A stretch of 52,512 nucleotides of DNA. Origin: Candidatus Helarchaeota ASGARD archaeon Hel_GB_A. GTDB lineage: Archaea > Asgardarchaeota > Lokiarchaeia > Helarchaeales > HEL-GB-A. This document shows, piece by piece, positions 41,989 through 51,811 of this stretch. Position numbers and translations under genes: made by a program. Numbering within the stretch: the stretch's first letter is position 1; each line of letters starts with the position of its first letter. The notes beneath the pieces were generated by a model. The model was not told the DNA's origin and ran no database searches. It was given only the letters and a program-made list of their open reading frames with translations. The DNA lies in the NCBI GenBank assembly GCA_005191415.1, contig SUPS01000001.1, positions 1 to 52,512 on the forward strand, in the 5' to 3' direction.

Positions 41989-44607
41989 TCAATTAAAAAC
42001 AAATGGTTTTTCAATTTGCTGAATTAATCGTGAAATGTCTCTTTCTAATTCCCGTGCTCCAATAACTTGTGCAATCCTCTTAATACCTTGCAATCTATGG
42101 ATTAAATTATCGAAAAATCGGAGGAGATCCCCAGAATAAACTTTTAACTTGTATTCTTTCTCCATGAATTGGCTAATTTGGCTTGGTGTGCGTCCCTCCA
42201 TGCGGAGTGAAATTAATTCCCGGTTTATTATTAAGTATGGACAATCACAATAAGGTGCATTGCCACAATTACAGCTAAAGAAGACTTGTTGCCAATGAGC
42301 AAGTGTCCGCGAAAGCCACCCGAATCGCTTCAACCGCCGTTTGAAACGCCCCCTAGATGCAGCAATGTTCATAATGCTCGCAGTAAGGAATTTGTTTGGT
42401 AATTCTATCTTGAATTCATTCAAAAAAATGTTTTTGATCTCTTCAGTGATGTAAATTCCCTCGAAATATTCCAAGCGAATCGCGATATCCAGCGGGTCTT
42501 CCTTTTTCCGGAGTAATTTTACAATTGTTAAGCCTTGATTTACGGTAAAGAATGAAAGCACAATCGCTCTTCCAAGAGTAGTGATTTGATAATCGTTTTG
42601 TTTAATTTCTATTAATTTCCTTTTCCTAAGACCACGTAAAAGATGGGTAAGTTCTTCTCTTGCTCCAATTAAATAATCATAAAACTTTTCGATTTCATCA
42701 GTAATTCCTGCTGCAATAGCGGCAAGGACCTGACTTTCTATTAATTCTGGATCATAATCTAGAATAAGATTTTCTGTGCTACTTTCTAAGAGATCAAGCG
42801 CAATTTGGTCCTCTGTTTTCTCAGTACCTGGGTACCCTCTTCCAATTTCTACAAGTACCGCAATTTTCCCTCGATCTTGTCTCCGAAACCTTCCCGCGCG
42901 TCCGCTCATATTCAGGAACATATTGGAAGAAAGTACCTCAATTCCCATTAAGCAGGATTCAAATAACACCTGCGAACAAGGGGTATCAATCCCCGCCCCC
43001 AACGCATAGGTAGTACATATTGCCTGAATTACCCCTCTATCAAATGCCATCTCAATATTTTTTCGATTAAGATATGTTAAACCTGAATGATAAGCAACGG
43101 CATTAATTCCCTTTTCGAGAAGCATTTTCGCATAATACTCACATTTCCATCGAGCATTCGTAAATATGATTGTAGAGCCATGAAATCCATATTTACTCAC
43201 TAATTTTGATTCCTGCCTCACTAATTGAATTATATTATAATTTTTCTCATATTCTGATTTACAAAGAACTAAATGTCGTTCTAAAGGCACCATGCGCTCT
43301 TCATACAGAATTGGCTTAGAATGAAGTAACTTTGCAACCGTTTCGCCATTCCCTATCACTGCAGAGAGTCCAATTATCTGTGCATCTGGAAATAATGTAA
43401 AAATCCTTGCAATTAATCCTGCTAATATCGAACCTCTGTCCTCATCGTCTAACAGTTGAATTTCATCTATAATTATTGTCGAAATCTTTCCAATATTCTC
43501 TATTTCTTCCTCGCCTTTCCGAAGTAAAAAGTCAAATGCTTCATAACTTGCAGTTATGATATCTGCCTCTCGGACATCTTCATCAACGATGATTATGTCT
43601 TCTTCCCCTACATCTAGTCGGCTCATCCCAACCCGAATGGCGACATTGAAATACTTTCCATAACGCCTTTTGAATAATTCATATTTTTGATTAACTAAAG
43701 CAACCAAATTGCCTAAATAGAGTAATTTCCCTTGATCGCCTTTAAAAAGCTTAGATACGCCTGCTATTTCCCCAATGAGTGTTTTTCCAGTCCCTGTTGG
43801 GGCAATAACCAGCAAATTTTCATTTTTCAAAAGCCCTTTCTTAATAGCTAAGTCTTGGATAGGAAGTAAGCTTGTAATATTTTCCCTTCTTAATATTTCA
43901 ACCAATTCGGGTGGCAGATCATATTTACTTAAGGGATATTCCTTCGCATGTTTGGTTGCCTCGATTTTATCATAAAAGGTAAATTCGGGATTCTTCGCCG
44001 CATTAAACCCAGGTTCGAAAACCTTTAGAATCTTATTTATGTTATGATGATATTTTTTCTTCAATAGCCCCTCTACTCGATTCAAAAATTTCTTATTCGG
44101 CTTAAAACCTCGAAATTCACTCTCGTCTGTAATTTCCTTCATCGCACAAGATAGACAAAGTGGATAAACTACATCTCCATCTCGATAATACCGATCATGC
44201 TTTTTCAGAAACGTTATTTTATTATCTAACATACAAAGACGACAAATCTCGACCCTCTTGTAATTGATTTGATAATCTTCAAGCATTTTACAAAAACCAT
44301 TTAGTGAATTCGCCTTATCAAGTGAAATATAAACATCTTTGGCTTGCCTTAAAAGTTTGATGAAATTTTTTGGCTGTATAAACCTCTGACCTTGTAGTTT
44401 ATATTCAATTTTTATTGGACGTAAACCAATTGGATTTTTATCTTCTAATTTTACACGTAAGTGTCGAAAAGCCCTACAATTTTCAATTTTCTCTCCTCGT
44501 TTAGGAGGTTTGAAGAGGAGTACCTTAAGATCTTTCGTCGATTTTTTTGGAGTAAGAACCAAACAACTAAATTTTCCTAGTGTCTCTTGCACTTGATCTG
44601 CCTTCAT
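41989..44607 (-). CDS. Archaeal superfamily 2 DExH helicase (COG1202-like) with N-terminal zinc-ribbon extension and C-terminal wH plus Cys-cluster region
   Basis: 872-aa ORF. Walker A is APTGTGKT, motif II is IIIDEIQLL and motif VI is MSGRAGR. The N-terminal ~260 aa carries CRLC-x25-CLSC (C122/125/151/154). The C-terminal region has FFSCNCGNAPYCDCP. Confidence 0.85.
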   Translation of the reverse strand: MKADQVQETLGKFSCLVLTPKKSTKDLKVLLFKPPKRGEKIENCRAFRHLRVKLEDKNPIGLRPIKIEYKLQGQRFIQPKNFIKLLRQAKDVYISLDKANSLNGFCKMLEDYQINYKRVEICRLCMLDNKITFLKKHDRYYRDGDVVYPLCLSCAMKEITDESEFRGFKPNKKFLNRVEGLLKKKYHHNINKILKVFEPGFNAAKNPEFTFYDKIEATKHAKEYPLSKYDLPPELVEILRRENITSLLPIQDLAIKKGLLKNENLLVIAPTGTGKTLIGEIAGVSKLFKGDQGKLLYLGNLVALVNQKYELFKRRYGKYFNVAIRVGMSRLDVGEEDIIIVDEDVREADIITASYEAFDFLLRKGEEEIENIGKISTIIIDEIQLLDDEDRGSILAGLIARIFTLFPDAQIIGLSAVIGNGETVAKLLHSKPILYEERMVPLERHLVLCKSEYEKNYNIIQLVRQESKLVSKYGFHGSTIIFTNARWKCEYYAKMLLEKGINAVAYHSGLTYLNRKNIEMAFDRGVIQAICTTYALGAGIDTPCSQVLFESCLMGIEVLSSNMFLNMSGRAGRFRRQDRGKIAVLVEIGRGYPGTEKTEDQIALDLLESSTENLILDYDPELIESQVLAAIAAGITDEIEKFYDYLIGAREELTHLLRGLRKRKLIEIKQNDYQITTLGRAIVLSFFTVNQGLTIVKLLRKKEDPLDIAIRLEYFEGIYITEEIKNIFLNEFKIELPNKFLTASIMNIAASRGRFKRRLKRFGWLSRTLAHWQQVFFSCNCGNAPYCDCPYLIINRELISLRMEGRTPSQISQFMEKEYKLKVYSGDLLRFFDNLIHRLQGIKRIAQVIGARELERDISRLIQQIEKPFVFN

Positions 44608-44800
44608 CTATTAATTTCATTTTCTTTAATTTTCACATAATACCTAAATAAATTCTTCTCTAACCATTTCTTTTGTCTCTTTCTTTGAAATAGAGCCTAC
44701 TCTGCATATTTATTATGTTGCAAAATTTGCCATAGGATTGGAATCTCTTAAAAAGATGTCGGATTTTATGAGTTCCAAGGCGTCCCATTTCATCAGAAAG

Positions 44801-44873
44801 AATTTGATAGTTTCAAGCTTGATTAATTTTTGATGCTTTTTAAAGTTAAAAATTTGATAGCTTATAAAGTTAA
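44801..44873 (+). repeat. Three TTTGAT(A/G) motifs at ~25-nt spacing, within two 21-nt imperfect direct repeats, upstream of the GH2 gene
   Basis: AATTTGATAG occurs at 44801-44810 and 44851-44860. TTTGATGCTTTTTAAAGTTAA (44829-44849) matches TTTGATAGCTTATAAAGTTAA (44853-44873) at 17/21 positions. The element lies 65-135 nt upstream of the start at 44938. Confidence 0.3.
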
Positions 44874-44937
44874 CAATCAATAACGTTGATTAAATATGAA
44901 ATTACTATTCGCCATATAATATCGGAAGGTTGAACTT

Positions 44938-47397
44938 TTGAAAATCACAATTAAGAAATCAGACCAGATACTCCCCAAAGCGATGCCCTGCACTAAACAT
45001 TCACTATATTCAAAAATTTTATCCGCCAACCCGATTAAAAACATGAAATTGGTAGCTTCTAAAGATTATAAAACGTCGCAATTTGAGTTAATTAATTTGA
45101 ATGGCCTCTGGAAGCGAAAAGCGGATTTTGGTGATATTTCCCCAGATGTTAGCGCTAAAGATTTTGACGATTTTAATTGGAATGATGTTTTTGTACCGAA
45201 TAATTACGGACTTGAAGGGGCATTGCAACGGCATTACGGACCCGTATGGTATCGCAGAAGGTTTCGATTAGATTCACCGCAATTTGTTGAATTGCATTTC
45301 AAAGCTGTAGATTATATTTCTGAGGTTTGGTTGAATGGTGAGAGATTAGGAACACATGAAGGTTACTTTGCACCGTTTTATTTCGAAGTAACTAACTATC
45401 TTGAAGAGAACAATGTTCTGGTCGTTAAAGTAATCGATCCCTGTGAAAATTTGGATCCGAAAGGCGATTGGATATCTCACCGAAAAAAATACATAAAGGG
45501 GACGATGAATTACCATGATTCAAGACCAGGAGGGTTGCCTGGGAAAATGTCGCCGAAATGGACATCCGAATGGGGGCAAAGTCTGACCACTGGAGGAATT
45601 ACACAATCTGTCTATTTAAAATGTACAGGTCCCATTTCGATCTTCAATATTTTCGTCACTCCACTCAATCTAAAAGGATTACTTCACGTTGCAATCATTT
45701 TGGAAAATAAAACTTCCCAATCCCTCAAATCAATCTTACATTTAAAAATTGAAGATCCGCAATCTCAACAATGCGATGCAGCTATTCAAGTTGAAATCTC
45801 ACCAGGTTCTAATCGAATCGATCTGGAAATACAGCTACAACCTCCAACTTTATGGTATCCCATTAGCACCGAATTTGAAAACGGCAAAGACCTACGTCCA
45901 AATCTTTATCACCTATCCATACAAGCAATTTATAATGAAACTCTCTCTGATGAATTATCAACAAGCTTTGGAATACGAACCGTTCGGTTAACATATAACC
46001 CATGGACATTCGAGGTGAATGGGCAATATGTATTCATTAAAGCGGTAAATTATATTCCTCGGCAACATTTTGCCGATGTTGATGAATCCTTTTATCAAAA
46101 AGATTTGCAACTTATTAAAGAGGCCCATTTAAATAGCGTAGGTGTGCATGCTCATGTCCAATGTGAAGCTTGCTATAACGCTACGGATAAAGAAGGGATT
46201 CTGGTTTTCCAAGACTTCGCACTCCAATGGGCATATGATAGCAGTCTTAATACCAATCCAGGCTTTCGTGAAAAAGCATGCCAACAGATTAGTGAAATGA
46301 TTTACTTTCTGTACAACCATCCAAGCGTGGTCTATTGGTGCTGTCATAATGAACCTCCCGCGCTTTTTCTCAAACCAAAGCGAGACGAAATCGAAGATTA
46401 TGACAATCAGGTTCTGGATGAACTACTCGAAAAAACTGTGAAGACCATCGATCAAAGTCGCCCTGTCCATCGGGCATCTGGTCTCGGAGAAGATTTGCAT
46501 GTCTATGATGGGTCCCTTATGGGTGGCAGTATATACAATGCTCGAAAACGAAAATCAGGGTTTATTTCCGAATTTGGATTTTGGTCTATCGCAGAAACAT
46601 CTGTGAAATGGGGTGATGTCGGCTGGCCTCCTTCCCCAGAGGAATTGGTTCAATGGTCTAGTCGTTGTAGCTTTTTCGGCTCCACCAGTACCTTCATAGG
46701 TTATCCAAAATATTATAAGACCCGTATGGATTGGATTCAAGCCAGCCTGCTTTATGGCGCTTTTTTAGCTAAATATCAAACGGAAATTTTTCGAAGTCAG
46801 AAAGGGAACCCCATTAATGCCATACGCTGGCACTTTTTCGTAGATTGGTGGGGATACGCTGGGGGAGGGCTAGTCGATGTAGATCGCACCCCCAAACTCC
46901 CCTTTTACTGGTATAAGGCAGCGTGCCGCCCCATAATAATTATCGCCGATTTAAAATACACCATTTTCCCCCCTAATACCGACCTTGAAATCCCCATTAT
47001 TGCAGTGAATGATTATGCAAAAACAATTCAGATGAACTGGAAATATGAATTGGTCCAAGTGAACGGATCACGAATTATCGTGGGTGATTCAAATGCAGCA
47101 CTCTTGGGCGGAACAGGTGCCCCTTGTAGAAAAAATCATAAAATTGCCCTCCCTTTGGAAAATCCTGATATAATTCAAAGCATAATTCACCAAGATGGTG
47201 AGATTCGACTTCAACCTAATTCTACTTCACTATTAGATACACTGATATTTAGAACTCCAAACACCGAAAAGAACCCCTCCTATTTCATTCATTTAGAATG
47301 GTCTATTTCAACTCTGTCAGATTCAAATTGGGCGCATTTCATGGTAGGTAATATCAATGCAAAAATGAACCCTGGTTTGCATTTTATAACCTTTTAA
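44938..47397 (+). CDS. Glycoside hydrolase family 2 (beta-mannosidase/beta-galactosidase-like), no signal peptide
   Basis: 819-aa ORF with a TTG start. W-x-D/PNNY/GPVWYRRRF and VWLNGERLGTHEGYFAPFYFEVT belong to the GH2 sugar-binding domain. WCCHNEP is the acid/base NE and FISEFG is the candidate nucleophile Glu. Confidence 0.85.
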   Translation: MKITIKKSDQILPKAMPCTKHSLYSKILSANPIKNMKLVASKDYKTSQFELINLNGLWKRKADFGDISPDVSAKDFDDFNWNDVFVPNNYGLEGALQRHYGPVWYRRRFRLDSPQFVELHFKAVDYISEVWLNGERLGTHEGYFAPFYFEVTNYLEENNVLVVKVIDPCENLDPKGDWISHRKKYIKGTMNYHDSRPGGLPGKMSPKWTSEWGQSLTTGGITQSVYLKCTGPISIFNIFVTPLNLKGLLHVAIILENKTSQSLKSILHLKIEDPQSQQCDAAIQVEISPGSNRIDLEIQLQPPTLWYPISTEFENGKDLRPNLYHLSIQAIYNETLSDELSTSFGIRTVRLTYNPWTFEVNGQYVFIKAVNYIPRQHFADVDESFYQKDLQLIKEAHLNSVGVHAHVQCEACYNATDKEGILVFQDFALQWAYDSSLNTNPGFREKACQQISEMIYFLYNHPSVVYWCCHNEPPALFLKPKRDEIEDYDNQVLDELLEKTVKTIDQSRPVHRASGLGEDLHVYDGSLMGGSIYNARKRKSGFISEFGFWSIAETSVKWGDVGWPPSPEELVQWSSRCSFFGSTSTFIGYPKYYKTRMDWIQASLLYGAFLAKYQTEIFRSQKGNPINAIRWHFFVDWWGYAGGGLVDVDRTPKLPFYWYKAACRPIIIIADLKYTIFPPNTDLEIPIIAVNDYAKTIQMNWKYELVQVNGSRIIVGDSNAALLGGTGAPCRKNHKIALPLENPDIIQSIIHQDGEIRLQPNSTSLLDTLIFRTPNTEKNPSYFIHLEWSISTLSDSNWAHFMVGNINAKMNPGLHFITF

Positions 47398-47546
47398 ATA
47401 ATTTACATGATTAACAGTAAAATAAGTACCATGTACTCGCGATTAACATGAGTGCTTTCACAATACACAAAAAAATCAATGAGACCAATGAATCTTCTTA
47501 ACTTAAAAAATATTTTAAAAAAAATCTTAGAATATGTGTCTATGAT

Positions 47547-48173
47547 TTATTCCTTAGGTTCTGCTAATGGGCTTTTTTTTAGTTGTGATTCGGTGTCTGT
47601 GAGATGTTTAGTTAAGAAGATTGATAATGCACCTGATTTTGGAAGAATGCTGCCCTCGGGCTTCAATATTGGGTTTCGCCATTTATTGAGATATGCTATT
47701 TTCCCTAACTCCAATCTTGGAGGAGGTTTAGGATTTTCTGAATAATAACCGAGAAGAATTAGTGCCAATATTTTATAGATGTGTGGTATTTTTAAAAGTG
47801 TTCGGACAAAGTCTCGATCAAATGCTCCAATCCAACAAGTCCCTATCTGCATCGCAAATGCCTGTAATAGCATATTTTGAATTGCTGCCCCTACTTCTTC
47901 AATCCAAGCTGTACTATCCAAACAGACGACTATCATCGCTGCGGCTTGGGCAGCATGCTTCTGCTTATAAAATACAATCTTCGCCGAGTTTGCAATCTTT
48001 TTTAAGAGGTCATCATCTGTAACTACTATGAAACGTGTTTTTTGTCTATTAACAGCTGTAGGTGCCCATCTTGCGGCTTCAACTATTTTGATTATATCTT
48101 CTAAAGGAATTTGTTTATCTAAAAATTTCCGTATACTTCTCCTGTGGAGAATTGCCTCACTGACATCCATCAA
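47547..48173 (-). CDS. Nitroreductase-family flavoprotein
   Basis: 208-aa ORF. ILHRRSIRKF ... APTAVNRQKTRF ... and GTCWIG are nitroreductase signatures. 4-nt overlap with the upstream cupin gene. Confidence 0.8.
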   Translation of the reverse strand: MMDVSEAILHRRSIRKFLDKQIPLEDIIKIVEAARWAPTAVNRQKTRFIVVTDDDLLKKIANSAKIVFYKQKHAAQAAAMIVVCLDSTAWIEEVGAAIQNMLLQAFAMQIGTCWIGAFDRDFVRTLLKIPHIYKILALILLGYYSENPKPPPRLELGKIAYLNKWRNPILKPEGSILPKSGALSIFLTKHLTDTESQLKKSPLAEPKE

Positions 48174-48505
48174 TATTTCACTTTATCCTTGGGTAAATAT
48201 GGGGTTTTGATGAACAGAACCTTCAGTGGCTTATCTGTCGGATTCTCAACATCATGTTTCTCTTTTGGTTCTATCAGGAAAGCATCGCCTTGTTTTGCCT
48301 CATACTTCTGATCATTTACCACCATGAACCCCGAACCTTCCATAAAATAGAATGTTTCTTCTACTTGCTCATGGTAATGTCCGCCCATCTTTGAATGTGG
48401 CTTTAAGAGCATAATTCCCCAGTCAATATTGGGCCCTCGAAGCATGTATTTCACTCCTGAATCACCATCACGGTAGCTCATTTCATTTTCACTCACTTTC
48501 TTCAT
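48170..48505 (-). CDS. Cupin-domain protein (small mannose-6-phosphate isomerase-like cupin)
   Basis: 111-aa ORF. Cupin motif 1 is GGHYHEQVEETFYFMEGSG and motif 2 is GDAFLIEPKEKHDVEN. Confidence 0.8.
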   Translation of the reverse strand: MKKVSENEMSYRDGDSGVKYMLRGPNIDWGIMLLKPHSKMGGHYHEQVEETFYFMEGSGFMVVNDQKYEAKQGDAFLIEPKEKHDVENPTDKPLKVLFIKTPYLPKDKVKY

Positions 48506-48624
48506 TTTAAATCTCCTTCCATTTCATTTAGCAATTGAATGAGTTACAATATTTTCAGATAACTTATTATTCGTAAATTCCTCTTAAAAATCTATATCTT
48601 ATTCATCATCATGAAGTTGTTAAA

Positions 48625-48834
48625 TTGCAAATCAAATGTAAAATTTGTGGGAAAACCGCCGAGTTCACAAAAAAATCTATCCAATTCTATACCAGATGGT
48701 TAGAAATCGAGCCAGACATCTTTGTCTGCCGGGATTGCGAGCAGAAGTACTTGTGGTCTCATATGTTACAATACAAATTACCTCAATCATATCGATCTTT
48801 ACAAAAAATCATTCCATCTCATAAAAAAGAATAA
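48625..48834 (+). CDS. Small zinc-ribbon protein
   Basis: 69-aa ORF with a TTG start. CKICGK ... x ... CRDCEQ forms a CxxC-CxxC pair. Otherwise unassigned. Confidence 0.4.
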   Translation: MQIKCKICGKTAEFTKKSIQFYTRWLEIEPDIFVCRDCEQKYLWSHMLQYKLPQSYRSLQKIIPSHKKE

Positions 48835-48993
48835 TTTAACCAAAAATCTGCTTACAAAACTTAGCCCATGAAGGTAATCGTTGTTTTTGATAAAAAAAAT
48901 TCGATATCTTTTTAAGATTTTTTCACAAAAAGAATTTTTAAACAAAAATTTTAACTAACTAACATATATTTTAATTCAAGGGGAAATTCCAAA

Positions 48994-49440
48994 ATGAGTG
49001 ATGAAAATAAAAAACCTCCTTTTAAAATAACTCTAATTTTTGCAAGTATAGCCATTCCACTCATGATTGCTGCTTTTATTCTCAATAAAGCTCTCTGGAT
49101 TGCTGCTGGCTGGACTCTGGACCTTGAATATCTTCTTGAACAATCCTTAATTGTCTGGTTTGGTATAGTTCTTCCTGCAAGTATCGTTGTTTTATGCATT
49201 ATTGGTCTTAATCTTTATGATAAATCTGAAATTATTTCCCTAATATTTGGGATTATAATTACGATTATCGGGAGTCTTCTTATTATCATGAGTATCTATG
49301 GTCTTATTGATAATATCATTGGTCTGGGTATTTATTCTTCATTAGCAGGTTACTATACGGGCTCTATAGTTATTATGATTGCAGCTCTTGGTTCAGCTAT
49401 CGTAATTCTTCTCTACGGAATCAAAATTCTCCGAACTTGA
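48994..49440 (+). CDS. Membrane protein (4 TM), function unknown
   Basis: 148-aa ORF with four long hydrophobic helices. GGGGAAATTCC lies upstream of the ATG. Confidence 0.5.
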   Translation: MSDENKKPPFKITLIFASIAIPLMIAAFILNKALWIAAGWTLDLEYLLEQSLIVWFGIVLPASIVVLCIIGLNLYDKSEIISLIFGIIITIIGSLLIIMSIYGLIDNIIGLGIYSSLAGYYTGSIVIMIAALGSAIVILLYGIKILRT

Positions 49441-49478
49441 ACCTAGATTCATTCAATCCCTTTTTTTTGGAAACAATC

Positions 49479-50222
49479 TCACTCTAGCATCTCTAAAAAT
49501 GAACTTTTTTCAAATCTGGAAATCCCAATCAAAAATTCTAAAGCCCTATCTATATCGGGGACAACTTTCGGAACTAATTTTACGAAAATTTTTGCTGATT
49601 GAGGAAAAGTGATGCGAATTTTTCCGCGTAGAAACATAGGAACATCATTGGCACCATCTCCAATAACAGCCGTATCTTCAATGGGAATATTCAATTTTTC
49701 CTGAATATATTTCAAGCCGATACCTTTATCAATAGTCTTAGGAATCACGTCAAGAGCACCGCCTGTTTTAAAATTCTTTAAAAATTGAATCTTCTCTGTT
49801 TCAAAAAGATGGTCACAGAATTCAAAAACTTCTTCGATGTCAATTCCTCTACTAAAAAGGCTAAAGGTGCATCGGTTTGGTTGAACCCAAACGTTCTCTC
49901 CGAACTTTGTTAAGATTGCGTTCCGTATTTTTTCAAGTTCAAGAGCGGCCTCTTTGGTCATTGTCATAATAAATGGATCTTTTGGTGGAAACTCATGATT
50001 AAACCAAATGATGCCTCCATTATCCCCCATTATAATCACATCATCTTGTAAATTTGCTTGTCGAACTAGCCCGGAAATATGCGAGGCTGGCTTTCCAGAC
50101 GTGATTACTAATTTTACTCCCTCTTTCTGTAATTGATTTAGAAGCTCAATCGTTTTAGGTTGAATTGCTCCATTGAAAGGAGCGAGCGTTCCATCTAAAT
50201 CCATAGCAACTAACTGAAGCAT
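49479..50222 (-). CDS. HAD-IIB (Cof-type) sugar phosphatase
   Basis: MLQLVAMDLDGTL (motif I), ITSGK and VIGDGANDVPM (motif IV). I place the start at the internal Met (ATG at 50220-50222). This removes the 47-nt overlap with the PfkB gene implied by the track ORF (to 50291). Confidence 0.8.
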   Translation of the reverse strand: MLQLVAMDLDGTLAPFNGAIQPKTIELLNQLQKEGVKLVITSGKPASHISGLVRQANLQDDVIIMGDNGGIIWFNHEFPPKDPFIMTMTKEAALELEKIRNAILTKFGENVWVQPNRCTFSLFSRGIDIEEVFEFCDHLFETEKIQFLKNFKTGGALDVIPKTIDKGIGLKYIQEKLNIPIEDTAVIGDGANDVPMFLRGKIRITFPQSAKIFVKLVPKVVPDIDRALEFLIGISRFEKSSFLEMLE

Positions 50223-50244
50223 ACATTTAACAGCCTTTATTCTC

Positions 50245-51267
50245 TTATTTAAGATAATTTTCTTTGATCTCGGGAATATACATAATATCATCTATTTTTG
50301 GAAGATTCCAAGCTCCTTTTCTTGTTGTAGAGAGCGCTGCATAGGTATTACAGAAAATTATTGTTTGTCTTAATTCTTTTTCAGTCAAACTCTCAAGATT
50401 ACGCATTTTCCCCATTTTATGAAGCAGATACAAAAGACCACCGAAAAAAGCATCTCCTGCTCCAACTGTATCTTTGGCAACGACTTTATATACTTCTTGA
50501 ACTATATCTACCTCTACCTTCCCATCCTTTATGAGTAATAATCTGCTCCCTTCACTCCCCATCGTTATTGCCAGTAGTTTTGGATTTAATTGCGTGTAAA
50601 TTTCTTGTAATGCCATGTCTAATGTTGGTTCTTTTTTAGAAGGATTCAGATGAATACCCAACTGGATTGCTTCGTCCTTCCCTAATTTAAGGATATCCAC
50701 ATCTTTTAAGACTTTATCTGCAACATTCCACATTTCATTCAGATTATCCTTCCAGAGATCAATACGAAAATTGACATCACAAGAAATGGTACAATGTCCT
50801 TTCGCAATTTTAATTGCTTCATAAGTTGCGCTCCGAGATGGTTCCCTTAATAATGTAACACTCCCAAAATTTAGTACTTCCGCACTTTGGATGTAATTCT
50901 TATCCAAATCGGCGGGCTCCATGAAATTATATGCTACATCTTTATACAAGAGGAAAGCAGGTTTTGCCTTTTTTAATTCTACAAACACCACTCCTGTATG
51001 ATGTCGGCTATCACGTCTAACTTGGCTTGTATCTACTCCTTTAGCTTGTAATGTTTCAAGAAGAAAATCTCCAAATGGGTCATTACCAACTCGTGATATA
51101 AGCCCTGTTTCCGCCCCAAGCGTTGATGCCACCACTAATACATTCGCTGGAGCTCCCCCTGGAAATTTAATAAACGTCGAAACATCTTTTAAATCAACAT
51201 CCGCATCACTTGAAATAAAATCTATTAACACTTCACCAATACTAACGATCTCTGGCATCTTAATCAC
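50245..51267 (-). CDS. PfkB-family carbohydrate kinase (fructokinase/KDG kinase-like)
   Basis: 340-aa ORF. GGAPANV near the N-terminus and the DTVGAGDAF anion-hole motif near the C-terminus. Confidence 0.85.
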   Translation of the reverse strand: MIKMPEIVSIGEVLIDFISSDADVDLKDVSTFIKFPGGAPANVLVVASTLGAETGLISRVGNDPFGDFLLETLQAKGVDTSQVRRDSRHHTGVVFVELKKAKPAFLLYKDVAYNFMEPADLDKNYIQSAEVLNFGSVTLLREPSRSATYEAIKIAKGHCTISCDVNFRIDLWKDNLNEMWNVADKVLKDVDILKLGKDEAIQLGIHLNPSKKEPTLDMALQEIYTQLNPKLLAITMGSEGSRLLLIKDGKVEVDIVQEVYKVVAKDTVGAGDAFFGGLLYLLHKMGKMRNLESLTEKELRQTIIFCNTYAALSTTRKGAWNLPKIDDIMYIPEIKENYLK

Positions 51268-51382
51268 AGACCTCTTTTTAAATTCTTTATTTTTTTCAAA
51301 AAACCATTGATATTTATATCATCCAATTATAAAATAATTATTTTATTAATTTATTGAATTTTTATTACAAAAATATTAAACG

Positions 51383-51811
51383 TTATATTTCCACACATTT
51401 CTTAGGTCCATTTAAACATAACAATAGCGTTCTAATTCCATTTAATCCGAGAATTACTTCTTGATTACCTTTAAATGTCTCAATCCTTAACTCAATTAAT
51501 TTATCAAATCCTTCAATCTCTATTTTGGCTAAAGATGCTTGTAAAAGCGTCATTTCGCCAGTTACAGTTTCTCCTATATCCCATTGGTCTATAGGAAGTT
51601 CAATTTTATGTAATTCCGCCTCTTTATATAATTCAGGAGGAATTAGCAATCCGCCATCATATCCGGTATCAAGAAAGGCTTCTAACCACTCATCAGGATG
51701 TCTTTTATAAGGCGTCACTATTTTTAATCTAAGAATTGGAATTTTTTCTCGAGCATTTTCAGTATTAATATATTGAAATTCTACTTTTTTTGTATTCTTT
51801 TTATTCTCCAT
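51383..51811 (-). CDS. Retropepsin-like clan AA aspartic protease (AF_0612-type)
   Basis: 142-aa ORF. The active-site-like AFLDTGYDGGLLIP (D-T-G) sits in a ~130-aa all-beta protein, the size of a retropepsin monomer. Confidence 0.7.
   Translation of the reverse strand: MENKKNTKKVEFQYINTENAREKIPILRLKIVTPYKRHPDEWLEAFLDTGYDGGLLIPPELYKEAELHKIELPIDQWDIGETVTGEMTLLQASLAKIEIEGFDKLIELRIETFKGNQEVILGLNGIRTLLLCLNGPKKCVEI

Noticed and set aside
40773-42027. Plus-strand ORFs (102, 70 and 83 aa) opposite the longin-DENN-like gene and its upstream spacer
   Set aside because: They are short, F/S/I-rich and antisense to a long ORF, or they lie in an AT-rich promoter spacer.
47452-47745. 97-aa plus-strand ORF overlapping the 3' end of the nitroreductase gene
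   Set aside because: It has a GTG start in a spacer and is antisense to the nitroreductase C-terminus, with no motif. The nitroreductase C-terminal tail is itself unusually long, so its exact end is the only real uncertainty.
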